Shown: piece after piece, positions 28,864 to 38,814 of the stretch | How positions within the stretch are numbered: the first letter of the stretch is position 1 | Layout: the number at the start of each line of letters is the position of its first letter | NCBI GenBank assembly: GCA_963833095.1 | Contig: CAWHWQ010000005.1 | Span: 544,001 to 608,000 of the forward strand | Direction: 5' to 3' | Source: Vulcanimicrobiota bacterium | GTDB taxonomy: Bacteria > Vulcanimicrobiota > Vulcanimicrobiia > Vulcanimicrobiales > Vulcanimicrobiaceae | Length of the DNA stretch: 64,000 bases | Position numbers and translations under genes: made by a program | Notes under the pieces: generated by a model | What the model was told of the DNA's origin: nothing | Seen by the model: the letters and a program-made list of their open reading frames with translations, nothing else | Databases searched by the model: none

Positions 28864-30360
28864 AGCGGCGGGTGGTTCCCAGCGTAGATCGGGCTGACGG
28901 GCGGCCCGGGTTTCGTCGACACGGCCGACGACCGTCGTCACCGGCGCGGCGAGGAGCGCGTCGGGATTCGTCTTAGCTTCCGCGACGATATCGCGCAGCA
29001 CGGAGATGAAATAGTCCAGTGTTTCTTTCGATTCGGTTTCCGTGGGCTCGATCATCAAGCACTCGGGAACGAGCAGCGGAAAGTACATCGTCGGCGCCAT
29101 CATGCCGTGATCGAGCAGGGCCTTTGCGATGTCGAGCGCCTTGACGCCGGTCTCTTTTTTCAGTCCTTGCGCCGAAGCGACGAACTCGTGACGGCAAATC
29201 TCCGGATACGGCGTATCGAGAAACTCAGCGACGTTCACGCGGACGTAGTTGGCGTTGAGCACCGCGAGTTGCGAGACGCGCTTGAGGCCGTCCGCGCCAT
29301 TGGCGTAGATGTACGCGAGCGCGCGCACCGCGTGCGCGAAGTTCGACCAAAACGAGCGCATCGGCCCGATCGACTTGGGCCGATCGAAATCGAGCGAAAA
29401 CGTGAAGCCGTCGGAGGGTGCGCCGCTGCCATTGTTGGGAATTGCGCGAACGACCGGCGTCGGCAAGTAGTCGACCAAGTGCGCTGCAACACCGACCGGG
29501 CCGTGCCCGGCTCCGCCGCCGCCATGCGGAATGGTGAATGTCTTGTGCGTGTTGAGGTGCATGAGATCGAAGCCCATGTCGCCCGGACGCACGTTGCCCA
29601 TGATGGCATTGGCATTGGCGCCGTCATAATACATCAAGCCGCCGACGTCGTGCACGGCAGCCGCGATCTCGGCGATGTGGTCTTCAAATAGCCCAAGCGT
29701 ATTCGGGTTGGTCATCATGCAGACCGCAGTGTCGGGTCCAAGGACCTTTTGAATCTCTTCGACGCTCACGCGCCCGCGCTCGTCGCTCGGGAGCGAAATG
29801 ACTTTGAAGCCGCACATAGCGGCCGAAGCGGGATTGGTGCCGTGCGCAGTGTCGGGGACGATCACTTTGTCGCGCTTGGTCTCGCCGCGATCTTTGAAAT
29901 ATTTCTTCGCGATCAAGAGCGCCGCGAGCTCCGCATGCGCGCCGGCCGCTGGATTCAGCGAAAAGGCGGCCATGCCGAACAGTGACGCAAGCGAACGCTC
30001 GAGCTCGTACATCACCTGTAGAGCGCCCTGCGCTAATTCATCCGGCGTGTACGGGTGCAGCTGTGCGAATTCACGCTTGCACGCCATCGCGTCATTGACG
30101 CGCGGGTTGTACTTCATCGTGCACGAACCGAGCGGATAAAACCCGAGGTCGATGCCGAACGTGCGCTGCGAGAGCTTGGTAAAGTGACGCACCACCTCGA
30201 GCTCGCTGTTGTCAGGCAGCGGCAGATTGTCGCGCAGCACGTCCTTTGGAAGAAACTGCTCGAGCGGCTTACCCTCCTCGACGTAACGGTTGGCGCGCCC
30301 CTCTTGCCCCAGCTCAAAAATCAGCGGGCTGGCGGTACGATCAAACGTTGGCGTGGACAC
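28846..30360 (-). CDS. gcvPB: Glycine dehydrogenase subunit 2
   Basis: YPLGSCTMKYNP, AHGTNPASA, YYDGAN, HKTF.IPHGGGG. Confidence 0.96.
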   Translation of the reverse strand: MSTPTFDRTASPLIFELGQEGRANRYVEEGKPLEQFLPKDVLRDNLPLPDNSELEVVRHFTKLSQRTFGIDLGFYPLGSCTMKYNPRVNDAMACKREFAQLHPYTPDELAQGALQVMYELERSLASLFGMAAFSLNPAAGAHAELAALLIAKKYFKDRGETKRDKVIVPDTAHGTNPASAAMCGFKVISLPSDERGRVSVEEIQKVLGPDTAVCMMTNPNTLGLFEDHIAEIAAAVHDVGGLMYYDGANANAIMGNVRPGDMGFDLMHLNTHKTFTIPHGGGGAGHGPVGVAAHLVDYLPTPVVRAIPNNGSGAPSDGFTFSLDFDRPKSIGPMRSFWSNFAHAVRALAYIYANGADGLKRVSQLAVLNANYVRVNVAEFLDTPYPEICRHEFVASAQGLKKETGVKALDIAKALLDHGMMAPTMYFPLLVPECLMIEPTETESKETLDYFISVLRDIVAEAKTNPDALLAAPVTTVVGRVDETRAARQPDLRWEPPAALSSRA

Positions 30361-31702
30361 GAACGATCTCTCCGAGGGCGGTAGCGAGTTGGGCGATCTG
30401 CGCAGTCGTGGTCAGCTCCGTTGCGTTCATCAGAATGCAGGTCGAGAATTCTGGATACCAGCGTCCCAGATCCACGCCCCCAAGAATCCGACGCTCCACA
30501 AGCTTCGCCAGCACGTCGCGCGCTGGTTGATGCACATCGACGACGATCTCGTTAAAGAACGGCGCCGTAAACTTCAGGTCCACGCCGTCGAGTTTCGAGA
30601 CGGCGGTCGCAAGCTCGCGCGAGCGCTCCAGATTGAGCGCGGCAACGTCGCGCAGTCCGGTCTTGCCCATCAGCGCGAGATATATCGTGGCGATCAGCGC
30701 GCAGTGCGCTTGATTCGTGCAAATGTTGGATGTCGCGCGTTCGCGGCGAATGTGTTGTTCGCGCGCCTGCAAGGTCAACACGTAGGCAGTGCGGCCTTGC
30801 CCGTCGACGCTCTTGCCGACGAGCCGCCCCGGAATGCGCCGCATGTGGTCTTTGGTCGATGCGATAAATCCGACGTACGGGCCGCCGTAAGCCATCGCTA
30901 CGCCGAAACTCTGCGCCTCTCCGACAACGATCTGCGCGCCCCAAGATGCCGGCGTCGCGAGCGCAGCGAGCGAGATCGCTTCAGAAACCACCGCGATCGG
31001 CACCGTTTCGCTTGCGCTCACGGCTTCGCGCGCGTCGGCTGAGAGCGTATCGACGTTTCCGAAGAAGTTGGGCGATTGCAGCGCGACCGCCGCGTATTCC
31101 TTTGAAGCAACCAACGACGCGAGCGCCCGCATATCGGTCGTACCGTCTTTGTTGAGCGGCAGCTCGTCGATGTGCACGTCGAGACCGTCGCAGTACGTTT
31201 TGAGCACCGCGCGATAGTTCGGATCGACCGCTGGGGACACGAGTACTTTCTTGCGCCCATTCTCATTGAGCGCCATGATTGCGCCTTCTGCCAGCGCCGT
31301 AGCGCCGTCATAGACCGACGCATTGGCGATATCCATTCCGGTAAGCAGGCAGATGTAACTCTGCCACTCGTAGATCGCTTGCAGATAGCCCTGCGAAACT
31401 TCCGCTTGGTACGGCGTGTAGGCGGTCAGAAACTCGCCTCGCATCGCAAGCGCCGCAATGGCCGGCGGCGCGTAGTGCCGGTACGAGCCCGCGCCGAGGA
31501 ACGAGGCATAGTCAATGCCGGTGTTCTTGGCGGCAAAATGCTCGAAACGCCGCGCGATCTGATACTCAGGAAGCGCGGGAACCACGTCGAGCTGCGCCCG
31601 CAGCGCGATCGATTCGGGGACCACGAACAGATCGTCTAGCGAAGCGACGCCGATGGCGCTGAGCATCGCTTTGATATCGGCTTCGGTATGAGGGGTGTAC
31701 AT
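30341..31702 (-). CDS. gcvPA: Glycine dehydrogenase subunit 1
   Basis: EFLTAYTPYQAEVSQG, REQHIRRERATSNICTNQ. Confidence 0.96.
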   Translation of the reverse strand: MYTPHTEADIKAMLSAIGVASLDDLFVVPESIALRAQLDVVPALPEYQIARRFEHFAAKNTGIDYASFLGAGSYRHYAPPAIAALAMRGEFLTAYTPYQAEVSQGYLQAIYEWQSYICLLTGMDIANASVYDGATALAEGAIMALNENGRKKVLVSPAVDPNYRAVLKTYCDGLDVHIDELPLNKDGTTDMRALASLVASKEYAAVALQSPNFFGNVDTLSADAREAVSASETVPIAVVSEAISLAALATPASWGAQIVVGEAQSFGVAMAYGGPYVGFIASTKDHMRRIPGRLVGKSVDGQGRTAYVLTLQAREQHIRRERATSNICTNQAHCALIATIYLALMGKTGLRDVAALNLERSRELATAVSKLDGVDLKFTAPFFNEIVVDVHQPARDVLAKLVERRILGGVDLGRWYPEFSTCILMNATELTTTAQIAQLATALGEIVRVHANV

Positions 31703-31703
31703 G

Positions 31704-32084
31704 CTAATCGTGGGCGATCTTTTCGTAGTCACTCGCGGAGAGAAGGTTGCTCTTCTCACCAGTGTCCTTGAGTTTCACTTTGAAGAGCCAACCGGCGCCG
31801 TAGGGATCGCGGTTCACCGCAGCCGGATCGGCTTCGAGCGATCCGTTGATCTCGAGCACCTCGCCGCCAACGGGCGTGAAGAGATCCGAAACGGCCTTCA
31901 CCGATTCGACCACGCCGATGTTGCCGAACTGCTCGATCGCCTTGCCGACGCGCGGCAGCTCGACGTAAACGATGTCGCCAAGCGAATTCTGCGCATAATC
32001 CGTAATACCGATCGTCGCCGTATCGCCGTCGATCTTCACCCACTCGTGCTCTTTGCTGTACAACAGGTTCTCGGGTTGCGCCAC
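31704..32084 (-). CDS. gcvH: Glycine cleavage system H protein
   Basis: EHEW, GITDYAQ, ESVKAVSD lipoyl-Lys, PYG.GW. Confidence 0.96.
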   Translation of the reverse strand: MAQPENLLYSKEHEWVKIDGDTATIGITDYAQNSLGDIVYVELPRVGKAIEQFGNIGVVESVKAVSDLFTPVGGEVLEINGSLEADPAAVNRDPYGAGWLFKVKLKDTGEKSNLLSASDYEKIAHD

Positions 32085-32097
32085 GCTGATCTCTCTC

Positions 32098-33201
32098 CTA
32101 TTTTGGACGTTTATAAAATGGTAGAGGCACGATGGTCGCCTCGTGCCGCGTTCCGCGAATGTCGACCTCGACGGTCGCGCCGACGGTTGCAGCTTCCTTG
32201 GGAAGCAACGCGGTCGCAATGTTCTGGCCGCCGACGGACGGCCCCATCGAACCGCTGCGAATTTCGCCGACAGGCTTCCCGTCGTAAGAAACTACGTAGC
32301 CTTCGCGCGCCGGGGCACGACCCTTCATGATCAGGCCGGCGATGCGCGGATAGTCGTCACGCTCCATCTGCTCGACGAGCACGCTGCGCCCGATGAATTC
32401 CGGCTTGCTGGTTTTGAGCGCCCACTGCAGTCCCGCCTGCACGGGCGTGATCTCCTCGGTCAACTCGTGACCGTACAGCGGCATGCCCGCTTCCAATCGG
32501 AGCACGTCGCGCGCACCCAGCCCGCAAGGCTCGAGTCCTTCGGCAACATTGTCGCGCAGGAGCTTGCTCCAAACCTCCGGTGCGTGCTCGCCGAAAACGA
32601 AAAGTTCAAAACCGTCCTCACCGGTGTAGCCGGTGCGTGCGATCACCGCCGGACGACCGTAGACGTTGCCTTCGGCGCAAAAGTAATATTTCAAACCGGC
32701 AAGATCCACGTCGACGTGCGGCTGCAACATCGCGAGCGATTTCGGGCCCTGTATCGCAATGAGCGCGTTACGGCCATGAAGGTTCTCCAGACGGACGCCC
32801 TCGGCAAGGTTAGCGTTGAGATGGGCCCACATCTTATCGGCGTTGGCGCCGTTAACGACCAAAAGCCAACGCTGGTTCAAGCGATAGAAAATCGTATCGT
32901 CGTGCGCACCGCCCTGCGCGTTGCAAAAAATGTTGTAGCGCGCTTGCATCGGCTTCATCGACTCAACCGCATTGATCGTCAGCGTCTCGGCCCACGGCGC
33001 GACGTTCGGGCCTTCGAGCAAAAACTGGGCCATGTGCGAAAGATCGAACAGTCCGGCGCGATGACGGACGGCATCGTGCTCTTTGAGAATGCTCGAATAC
33101 TGCACGGGCATTTCGAAGCCGGCAAACGGAACGAGGCGCGCGCCATGCTTGCCGTGCTCATCGTAGAGCGCCGTGCGGCGCAACCCGGGCGATGCGCTCA
33201 T
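32098..33201 (-). CDS. gcvT: Glycine cleavage system aminomethyltransferase T
   Basis: FDLSHM, RTGYTGEDGFE, GLGARD.LRLEAGMPLYG. Confidence 0.96.
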   Translation of the reverse strand: MSASPGLRRTALYDEHGKHGARLVPFAGFEMPVQYSSILKEHDAVRHRAGLFDLSHMAQFLLEGPNVAPWAETLTINAVESMKPMQARYNIFCNAQGGAHDDTIFYRLNQRWLLVVNGANADKMWAHLNANLAEGVRLENLHGRNALIAIQGPKSLAMLQPHVDVDLAGLKYYFCAEGNVYGRPAVIARTGYTGEDGFELFVFGEHAPEVWSKLLRDNVAEGLEPCGLGARDVLRLEAGMPLYGHELTEEITPVQAGLQWALKTSKPEFIGRSVLVEQMERDDYPRIAGLIMKGRAPAREGYVVSYDGKPVGEIRSGSMGPSVGGQNIATALLPKEAATVGATVEVDIRGTRHEATIVPLPFYKRPK

Positions 33202-33656
33202 GATTGCTTCGGCGCCTCCTCGGGATAGGTGTTGAGAAAGTTGAGCGTCGTGTGCGCAACGAGCTTGCCGTTACTCTTCACCTCGACCTCGCCGTAGCAA
33301 ATTCGACGGCCGGCGCGCAGCACGCGTGCCTCGGCGATTAAGTCGTGCGGCGGTAACGCCGGGGCGAGGAAGTTACACTGGAGTGACACCGTGACCGTGT
33401 CTTGCTCGCGACCGTAGATCGATGAGAGCGCGACATAAAACACGGTATCGCACAGGCTCACGATCGCGCCCCCGTGCACGGCGCCGGTCCCGTTGGCAAT
33501 TTCCGGACGATACGGCATGCGCATCGTGGCCTTCCCATGCTCGACGCTCTCGAGCTTGAGATCCAGCAGCGCGACGAAATGCGACTTCTCTTTTTCCCAG
33601 CGGTGCGGAGCCGAGGTGAAATCAGGATGCATACGATCCTTAGAATACTGGGCCAT
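33198..33656 (-). CDS. PaaI-family thioesterase
   Basis: N..G.VHGGAI.SL.D motif. Confidence 0.85.
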   Translation of the reverse strand: MAQYSKDRMHPDFTSAPHRWEKEKSHFVALLDLKLESVEHGKATMRMPYRPEIANGTGAVHGGAIVSLCDTVFYVALSSIYGREQDTVTVSLQCNFLAPALPPHDLIAEARVLRAGRRICYGEVEVKSNGKLVAHTTLNFLNTYPEEAPKQS

Positions 33657-34527
33657 CGGCCGCCAACGCACGACGAAGGTAAAGGGGTAGCGAGAACAGC
33701 CGCCGGTGCGTCTGTCCGTCGTAAAAGAAGTTCTCACCGCGCAGCTGCGCGCAATACGCATCGACCGCGGCGGGATCAAGTCCCGCCAAGTCGACGCTGT
33801 CACTGCAGGCCAGGAACGCCCAATCGGTATCGAAAGCGGGAACGTAGGTGAAGAACGAGGTGACGTGCTTGTAATGCCGCCGCAGTGTACGCGACATCTT
33901 GCAGTGCAGCGAGTAATTGTGAAACGCCGCCGTGCTAGCTTGCAGCACGTAGACGCCGCCGTCGGCCAAACGTGACTTGATCAGACGAAACACCTCTTCG
34001 TTGAAGAGGAGGTTGCTCGGCGAGTCTTCCAGCGGCTCGGTGAGATCCGAGATGATCACGCCGTATTTCTCGTCGTGTTCGCGCATGTAGGCAAGCGCAT
34101 CCCCGATGATGACGTTCGCGCGCGGTTCATCGAAGGCGCCGTCCCCCCATTCCGGCAGAAATTTCTTCGAAAGATCGACCACGAGGCCGTCGATGTCGAC
34201 CATCGTGCAACGCTTCACGCCGGGATGGCGCAACACGTCCCGCAACGTTGCGCCCTCTCCGCCACCGAGAATGAGGACCTCGCTACGATCTAAGGCACCG
34301 GCCATTGCCGGGTGCACCAGCGACTCGTGATAAATCTTCTCGTCGCCTTGCGAACTCTGCGTATCACCGTCAAGGATGAGCATTTTGCCGAAAACCGGAG
34401 TCGAAATCACCGCGACCTGTTGAAAATCAGAACGTCCCGAAAAAAAGACGTTCTCAATCGCGTGGTGGTGGGCTTCGGTCGGGGCGGACTCCTCGACGTA
34501 CCACTGCCAGTGTTCGGTTTTCGGCAT
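33640..34527 (-). CDS. speE: Spermidine/polyamine aminopropyltransferase
   Basis: LDG..Q...DE..YHE.LVH, ILGGGEGA, VDID, IISDL. Confidence 0.9.
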   Translation of the reverse strand: MPKTEHWQWYVEESAPTEAHHHAIENVFFSGRSDFQQVAVISTPVFGKMLILDGDTQSSQGDEKIYHESLVHPAMAGALDRSEVLILGGGEGATLRDVLRHPGVKRCTMVDIDGLVVDLSKKFLPEWGDGAFDEPRANVIIGDALAYMREHDEKYGVIISDLTEPLEDSPSNLLFNEEVFRLIKSRLADGGVYVLQASTAAFHNYSLHCKMSRTLRRHYKHVTSFFTYVPAFDTDWAFLACSDSVDLAGLDPAAVDAYCAQLRGENFFYDGQTHRRLFSLPLYLRRALAADGPVF

Positions 34528-34592
34528 AGCGGGCACCAGCCTTCGCCATAGGCAAAGGGCACCCCCCCGAGAAGCGATGGGCCTGGAAACTG

Positions 34593-34624
34593 AAAAGAGC
34601 CGCTGCATCCTGCAACGGCTCTTT
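34593..34624 (-). terminator. Intrinsic terminator after speD
   Basis: Minus strand AAAGAGCCGTTGCA-GGA-TGCAGCGGCTCTTTT. Confidence 0.75.
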
Positions 34625-34649
34625 GATGGTTCCCTCGAGGGTTTGAGTG

Positions 34650-35060
34650 TTACGCGGAGAGCGCGGTCGTTTCGTGATCGCGAGTAACCACGTGCGTGAA
34701 GCTCCCACCCGCTTGCGCGATTCCGCGCTTAACTTCCGTCGTCAACATGGTCTTGGCATTGAGTATTTTCGCTGCGTACTCGCAAGCGAGCCACGGATCG
34801 GTATGATCACCGCACGTGTAAAAATCCATTGCGGCATAGCCGGTCTCGGGCCACGTATGGATCGAGATGTGCGACTCCGCCAGAACAACCACACCGGAGA
34901 CGCCCTGCGGCTCAAACCGGTGAAACGCGACTTCCATAACCGTCGCGCGCGATGCCTTGGCCGCTCCGATCATCATCTCGCGGACCGCATCGACGTTGGT
35001 GAGTGCCGCGCCGTCACAGCCTGACAACTCACACACGATGTGCGTACCGAGTGCCTTCAA
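34650..35060 (-). CDS. speD: S-adenosylmethionine decarboxylase proenzyme
   Basis: F.PQGVSG.V.LAESHISIHTWPE, D.YTCG; TTG start after SD aaggag. Confidence 0.93.
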   Translation of the reverse strand: MKALGTHIVCELSGCDGAALTNVDAVREMMIGAAKASRATVMEVAFHRFEPQGVSGVVVLAESHISIHTWPETGYAAMDFYTCGDHTDPWLACEYAAKILNAKTMLTTEVKRGIAQAGGSFTHVVTRDHETTALSA

Positions 35061-35282
35061 TTTTTCCGCTCTCCTTGAGCCTCGGGGGAATCCCACCTCC
35101 GGACTTGTCGGCTGGCGCCTGCTGTGCAGCGTCACGTCCCCGACCTATCGACGAACTCTTGCCGGCGCTTTTCGGTGCACGGGCGATTCGTCGCGATGGC
35201 GCGAAAAGGGCGCGCCTACCCCCTACCGTGGACCTACCGCTTGGGGGATTAACCCAAGCTCAATACCCCAGGTCCGGCGAAC

Positions 35283-35311
35283 ATAATAACCCCCCAGACC
35301 CCCCCTGTAAA
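35283..35311 (-). promoter_or_regulatory. Sigma70-type promoter for speD
   Basis: TTTACA-N17-TATTAT on minus strand. Confidence 0.6.
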
Positions 35312-35557
35312 CCCCTGGGGGATAAGAAGTTCTTAATGTTGTTCTTCGAGGCGCCGAAAAGGGGCGGTCCTCAGGATGTGCCGCTCCAAGCCGCCCCTAA
35401 TTGCCTGGGACAAGTCTACCATAGACGGTCAATAACCCGGAAACGTGGTGCTGTGGATGGCCCCTGGGGTGGCCATATCTCCCTTATTTTATTGGCTTTC
35501 TGAGCAGTCTTGAGGGGATAATCATTCACACCAAGTTCGTCCCCCTATCCATGTCCG

Positions 35558-35587
35558 TTGACTTTACACGCTTACCCCGCTTATAAT
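35558..35587 (+). promoter_or_regulatory. Sigma70-type promoter
   Basis: TTGACT-N18-TATAAT. Confidence 0.6.
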
Positions 35588-35701
35588 CCCAGCAACACGG
35601 AATGAAGAGGCGGCTTTAGCCTCATTGAAGCCATGCACCCGAAACCCCGTGAAAGTTAGGCGGCGGCCCCAAGGGCCTGCTGCCGCAACGAGGTGGTGAA
35701 T

Positions 35702-35905
35702 TTGGTGAGCAATGGCATAGAGCAAGCCCGCGCCGATCTGCGCGAGGCCGAGTACGGCCTACAACTCCTAGACAGCGGCATCGCCGCCAAGGAGCGCGAC
35801 CTCCAGAACGAGCGCGAGAAGCGCGAAGTATACGCTCAAAATGTTGAGCTTCGTCGTCAACTGCTACGACAACTTGAATCGACCGCGGCTAAGATAACAA
35901 ACTAA
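35702..35905 (+). CDS. Small coiled-coil protein (about 67 aa)
   Basis: SD gaggtg, heptad-like charged helix; start could be any of several in-frame GTG/TTG at 35693-35705. Confidence 0.55.
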   Translation: MVSNGIEQARADLREAEYGLQLLDSGIAAKERDLQNEREKREVYAQNVELRRQLLRQLESTAAKITN

Positions 35906-36156
35906 TATAGAGAAAGGGGGTGCAAAACCGATGGAACGATTCGTCGGTCCCGTGAGGGACTAGGGCTCAATCTTCCATGAACACGCAGTAAGCGCGGAGA
36001 TTGGGCAACTCAAAAACAGAGGCGACCCGTGCAAGGATCGCCGCTGTTAGACAACCGGGCTGCCGAGAGGCAACACAGAGTCGCACCTGTATAGTAGCGT
36101 CTCGGCAGCCTTTCTTCAACCACGTTCGGCGCACAGCGCCAGAAGGAACGAAGAAA

Positions 36157-36432
36157 GTGCGAGTCCGATTCACGGCGGTCCACCTTGAGGGTGGCACCCG
36201 TCACGAACACATTGCCAGCCTGCAGGCGGTCGATCCCGCCACGGGCCAACCCTACGACGACTCTACGGCGGCATGGGTCGCCTATATCGAACGCGGAGGC
36301 ACCGGTTTCGTCCACGACCGCTATGGTCACGAGATCGGCGTTTACGTAAACCACAATGCCTACATCAAATGGGTTCAAACCATCGCTGACGGCATCTGGA
36401 CCGACAATCTGTTAGCGTTACCGCGCTACTAG
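36157..36432 (+). CDS. DUF3892-like protein
   Basis: HEHI.., C-terminal T.ADG..TDNLLALP; SD gaagga. Confidence 0.7.
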   Translation: MRVRFTAVHLEGGTRHEHIASLQAVDPATGQPYDDSTAAWVAYIERGGTGFVHDRYGHEIGVYVNHNAYIKWVQTIADGIWTDNLLALPRY

Positions 36433-36510
36433 TGTGTAAAGCGACAAGATAATGAAGATCAGACTTCACAATCTTGACTATAGGGGTCGGCGTGGTACCC
36501 TCAGAGAGCC

Positions 36511-37992
36511 ATGACTACGCCCGCCTCGCTCGGCTCGGACGCGCATCCCGCGCTCGGGCTCTCGCAGCCGCCTCGTGCGGAAGCCACACCCGCAGAGCTC
36601 CCCGTCTCCGAGGACTATCGCCACGGGTTCCACGACACCGAAGAAAACTACGTTTTCAAGTCGGATAAGGGCCTGACACGCGAAATCGTCGAGCGCATCA
36701 GCGCCATGAAGAACGAGCCGGATTGGATGCGGGAGTTCCGGCTAAAAGCCTACGAGATCTTCATCTCTAAGCCCATGCCGACGTGGGGCGACACCGAACT
36801 GCTGAGCGGAATCGATTTCGCCGACATCCACTACTTTGTCAAGTCGACGGACAAGACCGAACGCTCCTGGGACGATGTGCCCGACGACATCAAGCGCACC
36901 TTCGATCGCTTGGGTATTCCTGAGGCCGAGCGCAAGTTTCTCTCCGGCGTTTCCGCGCAGTACGAATCCGAAGTCGTCTATCACAATGTCTCCAAGGAGC
37001 TTGAGGAGCAAGGCGTCTTCTTCTGCGACATGGATACGGCGATCAAACAATATCCCGAGATCGTGCGTAAGTATTTCGCGACGGTGATTCCGGCCGCCGA
37101 CAATAAATTTTCCGCGCTCAACTCGGCGGTGTGGTCGGGCGGGTCGTTTGTCTACGTGCCACCCGGCGTCGAAGTAAAGATGCCGCTTCAAGCCTATTTC
37201 CGTATCAACGCGGAGAACATGGGGCAATTCGAGCGCACGCTGATCATCGCCGACGAGGGTTCGAAGGTCCACTACATCGAGGGCTGCACCGCACCGAAGT
37301 TCTCTACTTCGTCGCTGCACAGTGCCGTCGTCGAACTGATCGCGCTGGAAGGCGCGTCGATACGCTATACCACGATCCAGAACTGGTACCGCAACATCTA
37401 CAATCTCGTGACCAAACGGGCAATTGCGCAAAAGAACGCAACCGTGGAATGGGTCGACGGCAATCTGGGCTCCAAGCTCACGATGAAGTATCCGGCGATC
37501 TACCTCATGGGCGAAGGTGCGCGCGGCGAGATTCTTTCGATGGCGTTCGCCGGCGAAGGCCAGCACCAGGACGCCGGCGCGAAGGTCATCCATGCCGCGC
37601 CGAACACGACGTCGGTGGTGACCAATAAGAGCGTGAGCGCGCATGGCGGCAAGACGACGTATCGTGGGCTGGTGGAGATTTTCCCCGGCGCGGTCGGCGC
37701 AAAGACGCGCGTACGCTGCGACGCTTTGATCATGGACGACCATTCATCGAGCGACACGAAGCCGACGATGAAAATTCACGAACAGCAATCGACTGTCGAA
37801 CACGAGGCGAGCGTCTCGAAGATCGGCGAGGACCAGCTCTTTTATGCGATGTCGCGCGGCCTTTCCGAAGCAGACGCGACCGCGTTGATCGTCAACGGAT
37901 TCTTCGACTTCTTCGTCAAGGAGTTGCCGATGGAATACGCGGTCGAGTTGAACCGTCTCGTCAAGATGGAGATGGAAGGCGCCGTCGGCTAG
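36511..37992 (+). CDS. sufB: Fe-S cluster assembly protein SufB
   Basis: [40 protein letters not shown]. Confidence 0.96.
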   Translation: MTTPASLGSDAHPALGLSQPPRAEATPAELPVSEDYRHGFHDTEENYVFKSDKGLTREIVERISAMKNEPDWMREFRLKAYEIFISKPMPTWGDTELLSGIDFADIHYFVKSTDKTERSWDDVPDDIKRTFDRLGIPEAERKFLSGVSAQYESEVVYHNVSKELEEQGVFFCDMDTAIKQYPEIVRKYFATVIPAADNKFSALNSAVWSGGSFVYVPPGVEVKMPLQAYFRINAENMGQFERTLIIADEGSKVHYIEGCTAPKFSTSSLHSAVVELIALEGASIRYTTIQNWYRNIYNLVTKRAIAQKNATVEWVDGNLGSKLTMKYPAIYLMGEGARGEILSMAFAGEGQHQDAGAKVIHAAPNTTSVVTNKSVSAHGGKTTYRGLVEIFPGAVGAKTRVRCDALIMDDHSSSDTKPTMKIHEQQSTVEHEASVSKIGEDQLFYAMSRGLSEADATALIVNGFFDFFVKELPMEYAVELNRLVKMEMEGAVG

Positions 37993-38011
37993 ACGGGCCT
38001 TTTTCTTCTTC

Positions 38012-38515
38012 TTGTTCTCGTGCGCGTTCGTGCACGGGCGTGCACGTGCGTGGGATCTTGTCTGCGAGGCCGCGATTCCGGCAACGATGGTCGACCGGGT
38101 CGACTCCGCGACGGCCTATCCCGGGATGCTCTTTCGATTTAAAACCACGATCATCGCGCGCATCGACGACGTCCTCGTTCCACAGGGTAGCATTGGCTAT
38201 GGCATCGTGCGCGAGGTGACCGCGGCCAGCAATCACGATCGCAACGGCTCCCTCACGCTCGAATTACGCCAGATCGTTTTCGGGAAACACGTCCTGCAAG
38301 TCATGGCCGATCCCCGTGAGAACTCGCTGTGGGCACCGGCGATGACGTTGACGGAGCGCGCTACGGGCTACTTGCCGATTCCCGGAATCGTTCGCACGGC
38401 GGTCAACGAAGTGCGTTGGGGAAAGAACGTCGTGATCGGCCCCGGCTTTAATTTTCACGTGGTGGGGCTCGGCGATCCGAGGAACCTCGCGCCTTGCCAC
38501 AAAGTCGGGCAGTAA
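38012..38515 (+). CDS. Hypothetical, probably exported protein
   Basis: Fills gap sufB-Rieske, stop overlaps next ATG; start unclear. Confidence 0.6.
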   Translation: MFSCAFVHGRARAWDLVCEAAIPATMVDRVDSATAYPGMLFRFKTTIIARIDDVLVPQGSIGYGIVREVTAASNHDRNGSLTLELRQIVFGKHVLQVMADPRENSLWAPAMTLTERATGYLPIPGIVRTAVNEVRWGKNVVIGPGFNFHVVGLGDPRNLAPCHKVGQ

Positions 38516-38814
38516 TGGAACGGCGACTGGCGGCAGCGGCCGAGATCCCACCCGGACGCGCGAAGCCCTTCACCGTCGACGGCAACGAGATTCTCGTCTG
38601 CAACGTCGGCGGTTCATTTTACGCCATTGACGACGTGTGCACGCACGATGGCGGCCCGCTCGACCAGGGCGAACTTGAAGGCTTCTGCGCGATCTGCCCG
38701 CGCCACGGCGCGACGTTCGACGTGCGCACCGGCGCCCCAACGATGCCGGCCATCATGCCTGTGACAACGTATGCGGTTCGCGAGGCGAACGGCGAGCTGT
38801 ACCTGGACCTTTGA
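38515..38814 (+). CDS. Rieske (2Fe-2S) ferredoxin
   Basis: CTH and CPRHG ligands. Confidence 0.92.
   Translation: MERRLAAAAEIPPGRAKPFTVDGNEILVCNVGGSFYAIDDVCTHDGGPLDQGELEGFCAICPRHGATFDVRTGAPTMPAIMPVTTYAVREANGELYLDL

Noticed and set aside
35200..35280. c-di-AMP (ydaO) or SAM-I riboswitch in the speD leader
   Set aside because: Only a short gggttaatc...gtagggg resemblance; other conserved segments are absent
35590..35690. c-di-GMP-II riboswitch
   Set aside because: Does not match the consensus beyond tgaa; no identifiable pseudoknot partner
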